NCBI GenBank assembly: GCA_030429125.1
Contig: JAUIDF010000001.1
Span: forward strand, 1-43,416
DNA length: 43,416 nt
Origin: Gammaproteobacteria bacterium
GTDB lineage: Bacteria; Pseudomonadota; Gammaproteobacteria; Arenicellales; CAJQKF01
Direction of reading: 5' to 3'
In this document: piece after piece, positions 42,309 to 43,416 of the stretch
How positions within the stretch are numbered: position 1 is the first letter of the stretch
Layout: each line of letters begins with the position of its first letter
The notes under the pieces: generated by a model
Seen by the model: the letters and a program-made list of their open reading frames with translations, nothing else
Databases searched by the model: none
Told to the model about the DNA's origin: nothing
Program-made: the position numbers and the translations under genes

Positions 42309-42635
42309 ATGTTCGATTCTCTTGAAATGTCCCGGCGCCGGATGTTCCGGTTCGGTTTGTACGCGATCTCCGCCGCCGGCGTCGCGATGGGCCTGTCGCC
42401 GCGACGAGTTAAGGCGCAGGACCTTCCGCAGCTCTCCGAGGATGATGCGACCGCCAAGGAACTGCAATACGTGCACGACGGTACGGCCTCGGCGCGAACC
42501 GACGCCTCGCAGGAGTGTGCCAATTGCACTTACTACAAGGGCGGCGCAGGCGATGCATGGGCGCGCTGCGACCTGTTTCCCGGCAAGGTGGTCAACGGTA
42601 AGGGTTGGTGCAAGGTTTGGACGGCGAAATCCTAG
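42309..42635 (+). CDS. High-potential iron-sulfur protein (HiPIP), Tat-exported
   Basis: 108 aa. Twin-arginine signal MSRRRMFRFGLYAISAAGVAMG. The C-terminal region is QECANCTYYKGGAGDAWARCDLFPGKVVNGKGWCKVWTAKS, with the four-Cys HiPIP pattern and GWCxxW. Confidence 0.9.
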   Translation: MFDSLEMSRRRMFRFGLYAISAAGVAMGLSPRRVKAQDLPQLSEDDATAKELQYVHDGTASARTDASQECANCTYYKGGAGDAWARCDLFPGKVVNGKGWCKVWTAKS

Positions 42636-42708
42636 TGTACGATCCCGGTCGGCCGCACAGTCTCGTGCGGTCGATTTCGGCCGCATTCGCCTCGGGAGGA
42701 TGATTTGC

Positions 42709-43293
42709 ATGGTTCGCCGACCTGGCAGGTCGCCGGCAATCTCGCTGGCGTTTCTCTTCATTTCACTGCCGCTTGCCCAGCCGGCCGTATCCGCGGAGTG
42801 CCGCTACGACGACGCGGGATTTACCGCCGGCGCAGTCCTTTGCCAGGCCGGGTTGCGGATGCAGTGCCAGTCGGTCGACGACGACGGGCCGCAATGGGTC
42901 TCGTTGAATCAGTCGTGTTCGACCGGGGCGCCTTCGGTGAGCGAAACCGGTGGCGACGTCGAACGGGACGATCCGGCGCCGGCAATCGTCGAGGACTCGA
43001 CCGCCGCGCTCGAATCGACAACCACTGAACCGGTGGAGAGTGCCGAAGTCGGTATCACGGTTCACTGGGCGGAATATGGCCGCGACGGGCTGAACTGCGA
43101 CGCGGTTGCGGAGGTGCGCGCGCATTGCGCCGAGCGCACCGGGTGTTCGCTGGACGTGGTGCCTGAGAATCTCTGTGGCGACTCGAACCCGGAGCGGCCG
43201 AACCTGCTCACCGTGTTCTGGTCCTGCGGCGATCTGCTGCGCAATCCCGCCTATGCCCAGGACGGAACCCGGCTCGAACTGGACTGCTCCTGA
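42709..43293 (+). CDS. Secreted Cys-rich protein; C-terminal domain resembles SUEL/rhamnose-binding (Gal_Lectin) fold
   Basis: ATG 42709 with GGGAGGA 8 nt upstream, inside track ORF 42211..43293. Signal peptide is MVRRPGRSPAISLAFLFISLPLAQPAVSA. An acidic linker follows. Then comes ITVHWAEYGRDGLNCDAVAEVRAHCAERTGCSLDVVPENLCGDSNPERPNLLTVFWSCG, similar to the A-x-YGR...C...C-x-G...C...GDPC...L-x-V-x-Y-x-C pattern. The lectin call is tentative. Confidence 0.55.
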   Translation: MVRRPGRSPAISLAFLFISLPLAQPAVSAECRYDDAGFTAGAVLCQAGLRMQCQSVDDDGPQWVSLNQSCSTGAPSVSETGGDVERDDPAPAIVEDSTAALESTTTEPVESAEVGITVHWAEYGRDGLNCDAVAEVRAHCAERTGCSLDVVPENLCGDSNPERPNLLTVFWSCGDLLRNPAYAQDGTRLELDCS

Positions 43294-43416
43294 TCCCTTC
43301 GACCGGCGCGGCTACGTCGTTGCGCCGGGCGGAACGGCAGCGTAATCATGGATGCGGCGTTTGTGCCACGAAGCCCCGCAATGGGCGGTCGGCCTCATCG
43401 CTGCTTCAACGACGGC

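Noticed and set aside
1-43416. CRISPR arrays, tRNA/rRNA genes, integrases/transposases and large direct repeats.
   Set aside because: No regularly spaced repeats, cloverleaf-like or rRNA-like segments, or recombinase motifs were seen. The intergenic space is too small to hide them, apart from the regions discussed.
43294-43416. Window tail after the lectin-like gene.
   Set aside because: Only short, start-less or stop-interrupted frames are present. The sequence is too short to call anything.

Overview
Very GC-rich, almost fully coding bacterial chromosomal segment with about 36 protein genes. I saw no rRNA, tRNA or CRISPR array by eye. An LpxL-type acyltransferase, an outer-membrane beta-barrel ending in Phe, Tat signal peptides, SrkA and a HiPIP point to a Gram-negative, probably proteobacterial host. 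I cannot name the taxon. All family assignments come from motif reading and memory, not from searches. (1) nt 33-30720 is one large envelope-glycoconjugate island. Its left end (33-12259) holds three huge polytopic membrane proteins of the function-unknown Chlor_Arch_YYY/DUF2298 (TIGR03662) and TIGR03663/GT-C-like families. This machine is encoded twice, once as two genes and once as a 1443-aa fusion. It sits with a UbiA-superfamily prenyltransferase, a GT4 and a long-form (eukaryote-type) UDP-galactopyranose mutase. The rest of the island (12322-30720) carries at least 8 further glycosyltransferases, two methyltransferases, a 2OG-Fe(II) oxygenase, an LpxL-like acyltransferase, a Gfo/Idh/MocA oxidoreductase and an RmlC-like cupin. 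Embedded in it are a MITE-like inverted-repeat element and an odd pair made of a papain-like peptidase/alpha-beta-hydrolase fusion and a GH108 muramidase. (2) nt 30787-43293 holds srkA, a DUF3604-like protein, a TIR-TM-WD40 protein with receptor-like topology preceded by a NYN-LOTUS protein, and a MetE-like methyltransferase. It ends with a Crp-family regulator, a candidate iron-oxidation/electron-transfer module (cytochrome c, Cyc2-like fused cytochrome-porin, strong terminator, HiPIP) and a secreted Cys-rich lectin-like protein. My lead candidates for an undescribed system are the YYY/TIGR03663/UbiA/UGM glycan machine and the transmembrane TIR-WD40 protein. Many long antisense ORFs in the track are GC-driven shadows and were rejected.
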